From: the human T2T-CHM13v2.0 reference genome, Homo sapiens
Strand: one strand, 5' to 3'
Length of the DNA stretch: 64,000 bases
NCBI RefSeq assembly: GCF_009914755.1
Contig: NC_060933.1
Under the pieces are notes generated by a model. The model had not been told where the DNA came from. It did not search any database and saw only the letters and a program-made list of their open reading frames with translations. Position 1 is the stretch's first letter. Each line of letters opens with the position of its first letter. The position numbers were made by a program, and so were the translations under genes. Positions 1 through 12,810 of the stretch are shown piece after piece.

Positions 1-340
1 AAGGCTGCCTTTATCCCTGCCCACATGTTCCCTCTCTCACAGTTTTCCCCCCACAGAGCCCCTTTCAGTGGCCCCTTGGTCCTCCTAACTAAGCTGTCAC
101 CTACCATATGTGGGCCTTTTTGTTTTATAACAGGAGTATTTTCTCTCCAGGTCCACCCCAACCTCCCCTGATTTATAGCCTGAAGCCTTATCTTTCACAC
201 TAGTGTTGGTCCCTTCAGGTTTGGCCCATCTTGTATTGCTCTTCTGTTCATTCTTACATCACAGCAATCTAGTCACTCCCTGGTCATCCCTCAGTCACTC
301 ATATCAGAGTCATTCTCTCTGGCCATCTTTGGTCACTCAC

Positions 341-810
341 GTGTCACAGCAGCCCACGCCAACAGGATGCAGACAGGTGCAATGGAAACAGTCCTTGCGG
401 AGCCAAGACTCACCCAGGGTAAAATATTTCCCCTCATAGTGACAGGGGGCTAGGGAAGAACGGGAAATGTTAGTAGGTGTAGGAGTGCTGATGAGAGGCA
501 GAGGCTCTTCTGGTCTGGGGTGGAGACAGTAAGTACGCACTATCCCCGTATTTAGTTTGTCTTTCCTGTTTCACAGCTGGAGGAAGCCTGGGTATTTTGA
601 CACGGGATCATCTGTAAGGCCCCATCCTCCCTGTGCCCTCTCTGCTGCTCCTCCATTCCTAACGCTTCACCCCACTTTACCTTGAGCTTGGAAGTAGCAC
701 TTGCTGTAGACTCCTGGGTGCTGGAGGAGTAGAGACATCACCAAGCAGATGATCCCCCAGCCTCCTAGGATCCCCTTGGCCTGTCCAGCCCAGAGCATCC
801 TTAGGGCCAT
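341..810 (-). CDS. MSMP: Microseminoprotein, prostate associated (PSMP), coding exons 1-2; last exon lies left of the window
   Basis: Exon 1 CDS 810..681 ([43 protein letters not shown], signal peptide, donor gtaaag). Exon 2 449..341 ([37 protein letters not shown], acceptor ccctag, donor gtgagt). Cys spacing of the beta-microseminoprotein family; frame continuous across the junction. Confidence 0.96.
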
Positions 811-977
811 TGCTGCTGCACAGCCCTCTCAGACCCTTCTTGGCCTCTGCTCAGCTACTCTGGTCTTGACTCCTTGACTTTGCTTTGCGTTGCTCCTTGA
901 GTCTTAGTTTCTGTCTTTCTCCCCTGGGCTCCTGTCTCACACTATCTCCCTGCCCTCTGCTCTCACAGGCTGGGGAT

Positions 978-986
978 GTTTATAAA
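978..986 (-). promoter_or_regulatory. TATA box of the MSMP proximal promoter
   Basis: TTTATAAA about 170 nt upstream of the MSMP ATG. Confidence 0.6.
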
Positions 987-1774
987 GTGAGGACCCTGGC
1001 CCCCTGCTGAGTAGAGCTGGAAAAGTTGTAACTCTGTTTCCTGAGGTGAGGGCATGAAAACAAGAGGTCTAGCTTTAACAAGCTGTGAGAGCTGATTCAT
1101 GCCCCGGCACAGCTAGAGGGAGGGAGGTGGCCATGGAGGGGGCACTGGACTGGGCACTTCCCCAGCAAGGAGGCAGGAGGGGCGAGGGCCCCCAGGTGGT
1201 CCCCAGATCTCTTCCCTGACCTGGAGAGAAGGAAGCATTCCACCTTCCCCCTTTCTCCCCCACTGCCACCACCAGGGGTGTGTATGCTGGGATCCCTGCC
1301 TGGACCGGAGGGAGGCATTTCCTGGGGATGGTTAATCCTGTGCCCCAGCCAAACCCAGGAGCTGCAATAGGGTGCGACGGCCAGAAGCTCCAGGAGAGTG
1401 AGCAGGCACCTGGAGTGGAGACTGTGTTTCCCTCAGATCCTAGGGCAGGGTTTCCCTAATGTATCCAAGAAATAGGGCTGCCCCTCAGAGATGGTGGGGA
1501 GGGTCTCTTTTCCTCAGGCATTCCAGAGGTGAACTGTCCATTGCTTATCACCTTCAAACATACAGCAGATGTGGGATCACCCCACATCTGGGGATGGTTC
1601 TTTCCCCTTTCAAAGAGGAGCATCTCTAAGTGCCCTGATGGGATGAATCACTCCAGGTTCACAGAGGTGTCCTCTCTTTCCTCCCATATATAATGGAGTG
1701 AGGTTTTTAGGAATTTATCATTTGGCATCCTCTGAGTTTCCCACAGGTTCTGGAGGAGCCCAGGATGGATTATT

Positions 1775-1995
1775 GAGAGCATGGGCTGTAGAGACAGTCT
1801 TCTTGGATTCAGATCCTGACTCCACTTAGCTATGTAACCTGGTCAGATTACTTCACCTCTCTGAGCCTGTTTCCTCATCTATAAATTGGGGATAGTAATG
1901 CCAACTCATTGGGCTGTTATGAGGATTACTGAGATAATGCGTGCAGTGCTCTTATCACCATCTCTGGTGCGTAAGCGTCAGGAAATAGCAGTTGC
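1775..1995 (+). mobile_element. MIR SINE
   Basis: MIR core: ttacttcacctctctgagcctgtttcctcatctataaattggggatagtaat...gttatgaggattactgagataatg. Confidence 0.8.
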
Positions 1996-2143
1996 TGTGA
2001 TTGGGGCTAAAGCTCTGAGGCAAAATGGGCGACATTATTTTCTTTGAATGACATTAAGCAGTTTGTGCATAGCTGAGGGCTTCTATTGGGGATGGCTGTC
2101 TCCTGGCATAGACCTCTGCACCTTTCACACTCATACTCCTTGT

Positions 2144-2495
2144 CAGCAGTCCCCAACCTTTTTGGTACCAGGGACCGGTTTTGTGGAAAACAATTTTTCC
2201 ACCAGTGGATGGAGGGGGATAGCAGCGGGGAGATGATTTTGGGATGAAACTGTTTCATCTCAGATCATCAGGCATTAGATTCTCATAAGGAGTGTGCAAT
2301 CTAGATCCCTTGCATGCGGAGTTCACAGTGGGGTTTGCACTCCTGTGAGAATCTAATGCCTCTGCTGATCTGCCAGGAGGAGGAGCTCAGGCGGTAATGC
2401 TCACTCGCCTGCCGCCCACCTCCTGCTTTGTGCTCCCGCTTCCTAACAGGCCACAGACTGGTACTGGCCTGTGGCCTGGGGGATGGAGACCCCTA
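2144..2495 (+). mobile_element. MER1B-like hAT-Charlie non-autonomous DNA transposon
   Basis: Termini cagcagtccccaacc ... gggatggagaccccta; internal ggcattagattctcataaggag; degenerate 8-bp TSD ctccttgt (2136-2143) / atccatgt (2496-2503). Confidence 0.8.
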
Positions 2496-3599
2496 ATCCA
2501 TGTCACCTTTCCCACCTCTTTCAAAAACAGGTACCTCCAGGAACATTTTGGTTTTGGCCCTTGTATTGACTTCTGAATGTCTAGTTTGAGAAACTGTTCC
2601 CAATAAGCCTTCTTCCCCCAGATCTGCACCCTCGCCTCTACCCTAGGACAAGATGTCCTTTTCTCATCATCCTGCCAGGCTAACTTTAAGTCTCCTGCTT
2701 TTTCTCACTTGGATTTGGATCCATTTCTTCCTATTTCCGCTCATGTGAACTCTCCAGTTCTCCTTTCTCACCACTCTCCTGCTAGCCATCTCTTTGGCAC
2801 TAAAGGCCCTGGTCAAATTGGATTTCTTTCATTTTTCCACACTTCAAAGACCCATGTTCTAGGTATTCTCCATAGGGATAGTCTCTTTGGCATTTATTTG
2901 GTTTTTCTACGTTTTCAGTCCCATTTACTCCAAGACTCACTCCCTGCCACCTAGTGCATCAGATACAGCTACTTCTGGCTGACTTTTCAAGGGGGACCAC
3001 CCTACCTGTCATCTCTTCACTGTTCAGAAATGACTGTGTCAGTGCACCTCAAACTCCCTTGCTGTCCTTTTCCAAGGAGACAGCTAAGGTGGATGGAGAT
3101 GCAGAATGGACCTCACGTTCGCCCTAGTCAGGACTGATACCCTTTCCGTTTCAGAGGATTGCCAAGAAAAAACTCACAGTTGAGGCAGGGTGCTCTGAGG
3201 TCGGCTGCGGTGTGGGAGGCACGGCCTGGGCCTGCTCTCTGGGCTGGAGCAGGTGGATTCGAAGGCCTGTCTAGCACGAGGGCCCAAAGGTCTTGTCAGT
3301 GGCCAGTAGCTCTGCCGCCTTTCCCAGAGAGGGGGTCCAGGGGACATCCTGGAAGGCTGGGCCCTGGGCCACCTTCTGCTCTTGCAAGCTAGAGCCAGCC
3401 CAATAGGGGGCGGATGTGAGTGGGGAGCTGGGGCGCATGAAGGTGGGGGTGATGCCGAAGGGGAAGGGATCGCCAGTGGGGATTGGTGCGTGTGCGGAAA
3501 CGGGGACAGAAGTGAAGGTTCATCGCCTATAACGAAGATGAGGTAGGCATATAGGGGCTTCTGGAAAGCTAGAGGCTGGGCTGAGCCAGGAGTCCTCTC

Positions 3600-4160
3600 C
3601 CAGAAGTTGGGGGGCGGTGCAGAGGTGTGGGTCGAGCCCGCATGCGTGCCTGCTGGGGAGGGGGTGAGTGGTGAGGACCAGGCCCGCTGGGTCCTGGGGG
3701 CGCGGTGGCTGGCGCGCAGGTCCCGGAGGGGGCGGCTGGCGCGCACTACACGCTTGGGGACAAGGAAAACATCCGCCGGAGGCCCGGCCGGGCGGCGCTC
3801 CAGCCTCGGGGCAGGTGCGCGGAGAGGAAGTGAGAGCATTCCGGCCCCCCCACCCCAACCCCGGCCGCTGGCCCTCCGGTGAGTCACAGCCGACCCCCGC
3901 CGCCGGAGGGAGAGGGGAGCTGCGGGCCAGAGCCCCGGAGGGTCTGGAGGAGCCAGGAGGGTTTCTGGGAGCAGAGGGTCACTTAGTGGGCTTCTGTCGT
4001 GGTGTCGCTACGGGCGCGAAACGGACACTGAACACAGTCTGACTGAATGGAGGCAGGTGGGGAGGGATCCCCTGGGAGAACTTGGCGGGCCGAGAGCAGA
4101 CCCCAGGGCAAGGAGGGGCCCCCGAGGGGGAAACCGGGAGTCGGGCAGGTGGCGTAACCC
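3600..4160. promoter_or_regulatory. CpG island / putative promoter or enhancer
   Basis: Dense CpG and high GC. CGCATGCG (NRF1-like, 3639-3646), GGAAGT (ETS, 3826-3831), TGAGTCA (AP-1, 3880-3886). Confidence 0.7.
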
Positions 4161-4595
4161 AGAAAGGGAAGGAGAGCCGGATTGATTGGGGTGAGAGAGG
4201 AAGGAAGCACGCCAAGTTAGGCCTGGGAGAACTGAGGGACCTGAGGAGGGAGGAGGGAGACCAACACAGGGTGGGAAGGCGGAAATGGCCAAACCCCAGG
4301 CATCAGGTCTGTCCAGAGGCTGACGTAGACAGTGAAGGGTGAAGGGTAGGTTTTAGGAGTAGGGGGAGTTATGATTATTTGGTTACATTTTGGGATTATT
4401 TGGTCTCACAGGTAGAAGGGAGCCTGCTGGTCTCTGTGTAACGGATGGCTTAAAAGCAAGGTTGTCTGCGTCTTGGATTACTGTCTGCCATTCAGCCTTT
4501 GCCAAAAAATTTGGCACTGATCTGCACATTTTTATAGTCATTTAAAATTGTATGACTCTGTCAAATGATTTAAGTAATTTTGGTGGATTTTTAAA

Positions 4596-4609
4596 AATAA
4601 AAAAATAAA
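4596..4609 (+). terminator. Tandem AATAAA poly(A) signals, possibly ending the 3' UTR of the upstream plus-strand gene (RGP1 by recalled synteny)
   Basis: AATAAA at 4596-4601 and 4604-4609 (another at 4879-4884) followed by U/GU-rich sequence. No RGP1 CDS is visible in the window. Confidence 0.35.
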
Positions 4610-5962
4610 AATAGAAAAGTTGCACAATCTAATTCAATATTTGACTTAAAACCAAAAGTGAGGCTCTCAGATTGGTAATATGGTATTCAGCCTTTTTCTT
4701 GTTTGGCTTTTGTGCCATTTGCCCCTCACTGACTTGATTGAATTCTTTGTGGCTGATGCCTCAGTTTTTCTGGATCAGTAGTGCTGCACTTCCACTTTTC
4801 CTCTCCCTCATTTTACTGTCTTTATTTTTAGCCTTTTTTCTGTGTAGCCCTCTAACCTGCCCTTTATATTTTGAACCAAATAAAACATTTCTTGGAATGG
4901 GAGCTTTGGACTACAGTATACAGACAAACAACTCACAATTTTAGCATATGAGGCTACTATCTTCTGTGGATGTGTATGTAATTATACAGTTTCTGTATTT
5001 ATCCTGTGGCTGATAGAAAAAGTTAAAGCTGTTTAATTCACCATAGTATTTCTACAACACAGCAATTTATTAGTCTGACTTCTCTTCTAAAATCAACTCT
5101 AAAATGGTATTTTGTACTTGTCTCAGAGACGAATTCTGCCATGATCCTTATGATCTGTGTTATGTTGGGCCAAAGGTGATTACTTTATAAATTATAAAGA
5201 TCCCTAAACTCTGCATTGCCTTTGGTCCCAAACAAGCAAATCTGGGTCAATTAATGAAAAAAAAAAGAAAAGAAAAGAAAATGTCTTACTTTGGGCCCTG
5301 TTGCACTCTCCCGTGCTGTTTTAGCCCCAGCCCTACTCTATTCCCAGTGGCCTTTGCCTTCATTCCTTCTTTGCTCTGCTGGGCATCTTGAGAGGAAAAC
5401 TTCACACCGACTTCCTCTACTATAAATTCTCTCCCTCCTCTCAACTCTACACTTCTCTTTGCCAACATACACCACTACTGCTTCACTGATTTTTTTTTTT
5501 TAAGCCCACAGTCCTTTCTGGCTCTTTTCCACCTTTAACACTCTTATGTTGAAATCTTCCGTTTTTCCTCCTTTCTCTTTAGTAAGACCTCAGGTTTTTA
5601 AAAAAGCTAGGCTTGATTGTTTATTCTGCATGGTCCACTTCTGCCTTCCTTCCTCTTCTATTACCCTTTTCTTATTCTAGACTGTTTTTAAACTCAGTTA
5701 TGCTTGCTTTCACCAAAGCCTTAACCTTTCCTGTGATTAGAAAAAGATGCTTATGTTTCCATTACTTTTCCTACAAGAAAACGCATTCTCAAATTCATAT
5801 CCACTTCAAACTCTCCCAACGTTTTGCATCCAGAAGCATAAAGTGGCCATTATTGTGAAGTCCACTGAGTGACCATTTAAGCTTGGTGTTATGCCACACA
5901 CTGTATAGTGAATTTCATAATCCTGGTGCCAGATTTCTAAATTATTACAGACAATAGATGAT

Positions 5963-6247
5963 GGACTGGGCACAGTGGCTCACACCTGTAATCCCAACAT
6001 TTGGGGAGGCCGAGGCAGGCAGATTGCTTGAGACCAGGAGTTTGAGACCAGCCTGGCCAACATGGTGAAACCCTGTCTCTAAAAATACAAAAATTAGCTG
6101 GGTGTGGTGGCGCGTTCCTGTAATCCCAGCTACTCTGGAGGCTGGGATGGGAGAATCACTGGAACCTGGGAGGCTGAGGCTCCAGTGAGCCGAGATTGCA
6201 TCACTGCACTGCACTCCAGCCTGGGTGACAGAGGGAGACCCTGTCTC

Positions 6248-6279
<32 letters not shown>
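5963..6279 (+). mobile_element. Alu (S-type)
   Basis: Full dimer with ~30-nt poly(A) tail. Confidence 0.95.
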
Positions 6280-6281
<2 letters not shown>

Positions 6282-6977
6282 ATTCTTTGCTATGAAACTG
6301 AAATTGCTTCTCCACTTTCCCTTCCCTCTCATGATCTCTCCTCAGTAAAACCAAGGTGCATTTTTCTGGACCCACCTATCTTGGGGGTGATTAGGAGTAG
6401 AGGGTTGTAAATACTTAAAATTTTTTTCCTTTCTGATATAATTATTGATCTCCTTCTAGAAGTCCTGTCGTCTTTGCTGGAGAATTTTTATTTAAGCATC
6501 CTTTTGTAGAAGAATCTCTAATGTCCTTTTTTCATCCAGATCTACACTTGATGAATCCTAAAGCTATTTCTACACAGTTCCTTTATTCATTTTTCCTTTT
6601 TTTTTTTTTCATTTTTTGTGCCTGTTATTTTTCATGGGTTTATCATCTCTTTACAAATGGGCTGCGTCCACTGAGGGGCAGCATTGATTTCCCGCTGCTG
6701 TCACTCAGCGCCTCAGCCTCCTTTGATCCCTTTTTTGGTTCACCCTTGTTGCCCATACTTACTTTCCTTTATTGTCAGTTCTAATCTTCTCCTTTTCTAT
6801 CTCTTTAATGAAATTCACCATTTTAAAAAAGATTTCTGGGGTCTCAAAAGTTTTTCAGGGGATCTCGCATAAGTCTCTGCATTGTGACCTAAACTGTGTA
6901 GCACTGATTTCCAATGGATTGGGGCTGATGGGCGGGGTGGGGGGCCATTGTTGGGAGAGCAGAATATCCTCATGAAT

Positions 6978-7180
6978 AGAGTTTCTCAGTGACACTGTTA
7001 ACATTTTGGAGGATAATCCTTTGTTGTGGGGGGCTGTCCTGTGCATCGTAGGATGCTTAGCATCTGCTCAGTAGATGCCAATGATATTATCTCAGATGTG
7101 ACAACCAAAATGTCTCCAAATCCTGCCAAATGTTCCTGGAAGACAAAATATACCCTCTACTCCAGTGTATAGAATTACTG
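6978..7180 (+). mobile_element. MER20-like hAT DNA transposon
   Basis: gataatcctttgttgtggggggctgtcctgtgcatcgtaggatg...gtgacaaccaaaatgtctcca...tgccaaatgttcctgg. Confidence 0.75.
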
Positions 7181-7294
7181 TACTAGAATATCAGCTTTTT
7201 GAAATTGATTAAATGGTTATACTTTCTCTTCCCAACTGCTGATTTGTAGCTGGAATTTTAAAAGTGTGGTCTTTGACTTACTTGGTAGGTGGTA

Positions 7295-7420
7295 GCTTCT
7301 TAAAATTGCAGGTTCCTGAGCTTATCCTAGACCTACTGAATCAGAAACGCTGAAGGTAGAACCCAGAGATCTGATTTTTACAAGACACTACCTTCCCACC
7401 CCCAACCAGGTAATTCTGCC
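7295..7420. mobile_element. MER5A-like DNA transposon fragment
   Basis: agacctactgaatcagaaac motif. Confidence 0.6.
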
Positions 7421-8067
7421 CTAGGCTTGACCCTCCTGTGGCATAACTGCTGCATTATCTACATTTTTTTCTCCTGCAAGTCTTCCTGGTGTTCCAGCTT
7501 TGCTTCCGCTTTTGGCCCCATGATGCCAACACAAATAAGGAGGCCTCAGGTTACCAAGACAACTGGAGCACAGGAAACTGTACAGGCTCAGTGCTCCCAC
7601 AAGCATCATGGACTGTGATTATGCTGGCTTGCTTTCTCCTTAGGGACTCAGCCATACTTCCTTTTCCCCATCCCCAAAACTACCCAGACTGGCAGAGACT
7701 GAGGCCCAAGCCACAGATCCTGATTTCACAGACCTGGTAGTAGATTTATGGGGTGGGTAGGATAAGGAATGATGAATGAAGCTTTCCTTCTAGCATTGAT
7801 ATTTCATGTCATTTTGGTGATAATTGAATTTGTAATCATGAGAACTACATTTCCCTGGGAGTTGGTTGTTAGATGCAAGTTTTGGAATCAGGATGCTTCT
7901 CTTTATTTATTATGTTATTTATGCCTGCTTCACTGGACCTTGAGTCTTAGATGTTTTTGCATCCCTAGCTAAATGTCTTTACAATTTGCTTTGGGCCAAA
8001 AGGTTTGGCAATCTACTTCTAGTACACTGGAAGCAGCTAATGTTCAGTAAGAAAAGAATATTTTTAG

Positions 8068-8398
8068 GGCCAGGTGCATGGCTCATGCCTGTAATCCCAG
8101 CACTTTGGGAACATGAGGCAGATGGAGTGCTTGAGTCCAGGAGTTCAAGACCTGCCTGGGTAACATGACAAAACCCTGTCTCTACAAAAAAGAATACAGA
8201 AATTAGCCAGGTGTGGTGGTGCACTCCCGTAGTCTCGGCTACTTGGGAGGCTCAGGTGAGAGAATCACTTGAGCCTGGGAGGTCGATGCTGCAGTGAGCC
8301 ATGATTGTGCCACTGCACTTCAGCTTGGGTGACAGAGCAAGACCCTGTCTCAAACAAACAAACAAACAAACAAAAAACCCCAAAAAAACAAAAACAAC
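8068..8398 (+). mobile_element. Alu (J-type) with (CAAA)n tail
   Basis: Alu dimer consensus. Confidence 0.92.
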
Positions 8399-8549
8399 CA
8401 AATAATGAATTTGGGTTCTATTTACACTTAGTTATCAAAGCTAGTCATTTTTTAAAGGAGGATCATCTGGCTTGATTAAATTAAGTTTCCTTAAAGCCAC
8501 AAATAAATGAAAACCTACTTGCACTTAGATGCTTTAAAATACTGACTCT

Positions 8550-8802
8550 GACTGGGTGTGGTGGCTCACACCTGTAATCCCAGCACTTTGGGAGGCCGAG
8601 GCAGGCAGATCACTTGAGGTCAGGAGTTTGAGACCAGCCTGGTCAACATGGTAAAACCCCCCATCTCTACCAAAAATACAAAAAATTATCCAGGCATGTT
8701 GGCACATGCCTGTCATCCCAGCTGAGGCAGGAGAATCACTTGAACCTGAGGCAGAGGTTGCAGTGAGCCGAGATCAGTGTGAGATTCTGTTGAAAAAAAA
8801 AA
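8550..8802 (+). mobile_element. Alu with internal deletions
   Basis: Left arm intact, right arm shortened, A tail. Confidence 0.9.
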
Positions 8803-9579
8803 TTCAACTTGATCCAAAACAGGAGCAGGCTGCCTCCATGGTATATTCATGTCATGCCAGAGCAAGAGCAAGGGAGAATACAAGGAAATAAGGCAGACAT
8901 GATAGCTCTCCTCAGACAATTGAAGGACTGTCATGATGAAGGAGCAATTAGATTTACTGGTTTAGTTCCAGAAGATAGATTAAGAACTTTTATTTAGTGA
9001 TGGAGGACAAATTTTGGCTTGATAAGGAAATTTTGACTCATTTGAGGACCCCAAAGTGGAATGAACTGAATTGTTAGGCAGTAAATTTTGGCCATATTGT
9101 TCATATAGAGGTTAGATGACCGTTTGCACAAGGGTCGGATGAGGTTTTAGACATTAAATTGGGTTCAACCTGCAAGGAGAAGCAGGCAGATTTAGGAAAA
9201 GTCAATTCGCCCTTTTTCTGTCATATGATTCTGTGGCACTATTAAATTCATTATTATTTTTCTAGGCACCTCTGTCAATTTTACCCCCTCAAGTAATTGA
9301 TAATAGAGTTGATAGTAAAGTCTTTAGAGATTTCTCAAACTTTGTTCCTCAGCCCTCTGGAGATTTCTGAAGGATGCCTCAGAAGTGGCTGAGAAGGGTG
9401 AAATGAAGGCTAGCTGGGGCTCTGAGCCCTTTTACCTATGCTTCAACCAGAACAATCTTGCTTTTATTTGTTTTACAAATTAAACGTACTGGCTTCCTTG
9501 AAGATTTTCTTTTTAACGGAAAAAAAAAAACAGTTCTGCTGTTAAAAAAAAAAAGTTAAAGGCTCTGATATTTCAAGGT

Positions 9580-9715
9580 GTTCCTTTTATTGAAAGGGAA
9601 GCTGAGATACGGAAGAAGTGTCTTGCCAGAGGTCACACAGCTAGTAAATTTCAGAGCTGGGATTCAAATCTAGCTCTTCTAGTTCAAATCTTTTGTTTCT
9701 TCCACTCTACAAGTC
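9580..9715 (-). mobile_element. MIR fragment
   Basis: aggtcacacagctagtaaat...agagctgggattcaaatctag. Confidence 0.65.
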
Positions 9716-10231
9716 TGCCTTGTTAGAATTCAATGAAAGCTTCTCTCCATTCTACTGGCCACCACTGTAATCCAGAATCTCATTTCTTCTAATTTACTAT
9801 TCTGTATTAGCCACTTAACTAGTCTCCTTGCTGTCTAATTCTGTTCTATATTATATATACTGTTGCCATTTTATTCTTCTTGGAACATTGTTTTCGTCCT
9901 GAGATTTCCCTGTTTAAGAACCTTCTCCCTATCTCTTAGAACTTTTCAGGCTAACCTTGTGTTAGCATTCTTTAGGATCCTCATTGTTCAGCTGAATGAG
10001 AGCCTAAATCCATCCTATTATGAGTAATTAATGGGCTATATAATAGTGAGATTAACGGAGTCCCTCCCTATTCCTAGACTTCACCTTTGGCAAGATTTTC
10101 ATGTGTACAGTTTTAATCAGGCATGACAAGAAGATACAAAAGAAACAGAAAATCACAGCCCATAAAAAGCAAGTTACATAATAATATGAATAATACAATC
10201 CTATTTATATCTCACATGCATGCATTTTTTA

Positions 10232-10818
<587 letters not shown>

Positions 10819-10899
10819 AGAAGAAGAAGAAAAAAGAAGTGAAGTGTTTTGTTTTCCCACAATGGAGATCTTTTGAAGCATTATCCTTTTGGGAAAAAG

Positions 10900-11130
10900 T
10901 TAATTTCAATTCTTAGCACTTGGTCTGATTTTTAAAAATTCGACTTAAGCTAATGATGAGAAGTGTGCATATTCACACTCTTTAACTCCTGTGGATTGGA
11001 TAACAAATTAACCTCCATTTCCACTGGACAGAGAACTCATTCTTCTGGTATGTTTCAGAAGGCTAATGGAGCAAGGATAACCTTATATTACTAATGGGCT
11101 GCTTAATCTCTATAATGATTTGTTGGCCAG
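10900..11130. repeat. Probable MER121 ancient conserved repeat
   Basis: Reverse strand reads gagttctctgtccagtggaaatgg...gtgtgaatatgcacacttctcatcattagcttaagtcg...aaaaatcagaccaag, matching my recollection of the MER121 core. Not verified by alignment. Confidence 0.5.
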
Positions 11131-11517
11131 CTACTATTGATAACAAAAAATACTTTTAAATAACTGTTTCAAAATACTTTTTTCAACTTTATTGAAATAT
11201 AATTTATATACAGGAAGATGTACCCATTTAAAATGTACAATTCAGTGAGTTTTAGCAGATGTATATACCTGTGTAATCATCTTCCCAGTCAAGATGTAGA
11301 ACATCTCTGTCACCACCCCACCACTGCCCCCAAATTTCCTTATTACCCTTTGCATTTACTCCTCACTCATTGCAATCCACACTGATCTGGTTTCTATCAC
11401 TGTAGATTTGTTTTGTAGAGTTTCATGTAAATGGAGTCACAGAGTATGTATTCTGCATTTGGCTTCTTTAACTCAGCACACTGTTTTTGATATTTATTCA
11501 TGTTTTTATGTATATTA

Positions 11518-11821
<304 letters not shown>

Positions 11822-12055
11822 AGTCCATTTTTATTGCTGAGCAATAATTCATTGTATGGACATACAGCAGTTTGTTTATTCATTCATCTGATGATGGATA
11901 TTTGGGCTGTTTTCCACTTTTTTGGAAGCTGCTATGAACACTCACATTTAAGTCTTTGTGGACATATGTTTGCATTTTTTTAAGATAAATGCCTAGAAGT
12001 GAAATCTTAGATCCTGTTGTAAGTGAATGTTTTACTTGATAAATAAAAGACTGCC

Positions 12056-12355
12056 AGTTTGGTGCAGTGGCTCATGCCTGTAATCCCAGCACTTTGGGAG
12101 GCCAAAGCAGGCAGACTGCTTGAGTCCAGGAGTTTGAGACCAGCTTGGACAACATGGTGAAACCCCATCTCTACAAAAAATACAAAAATTAGTTGGGTGT
12201 GGTGGCCCAGGCCTGTAGTCCCAGCTACTCGGGAAGCTGAGGTGGTAGGATCATCTGAGTGTAGGAGGCGGAGGTTGCAGTGAGCCATGATCTTGCTTCT
12301 GCACTCCAGCCTGGGTAACAAAGCATGACCCTGTCTCAAAAAAAAAAAAAAAAAG
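12056..12355 (+). mobile_element. Alu (J-type) inserted in L1
   Basis: Alu dimer plus poly(A). Confidence 0.92.
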
Positions 12356-12378
12356 TTACTGATTTATTCATAAAATAA

Positions 12379-12810
<432 letters not shown>

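Noticed and set aside
1-5300. RGP1 3' UTR overlapping MSMP
   Set aside because: Expected from recalled synteny, but no RGP1 coding sequence is in the window, so it cannot be delimited from sequence alone.
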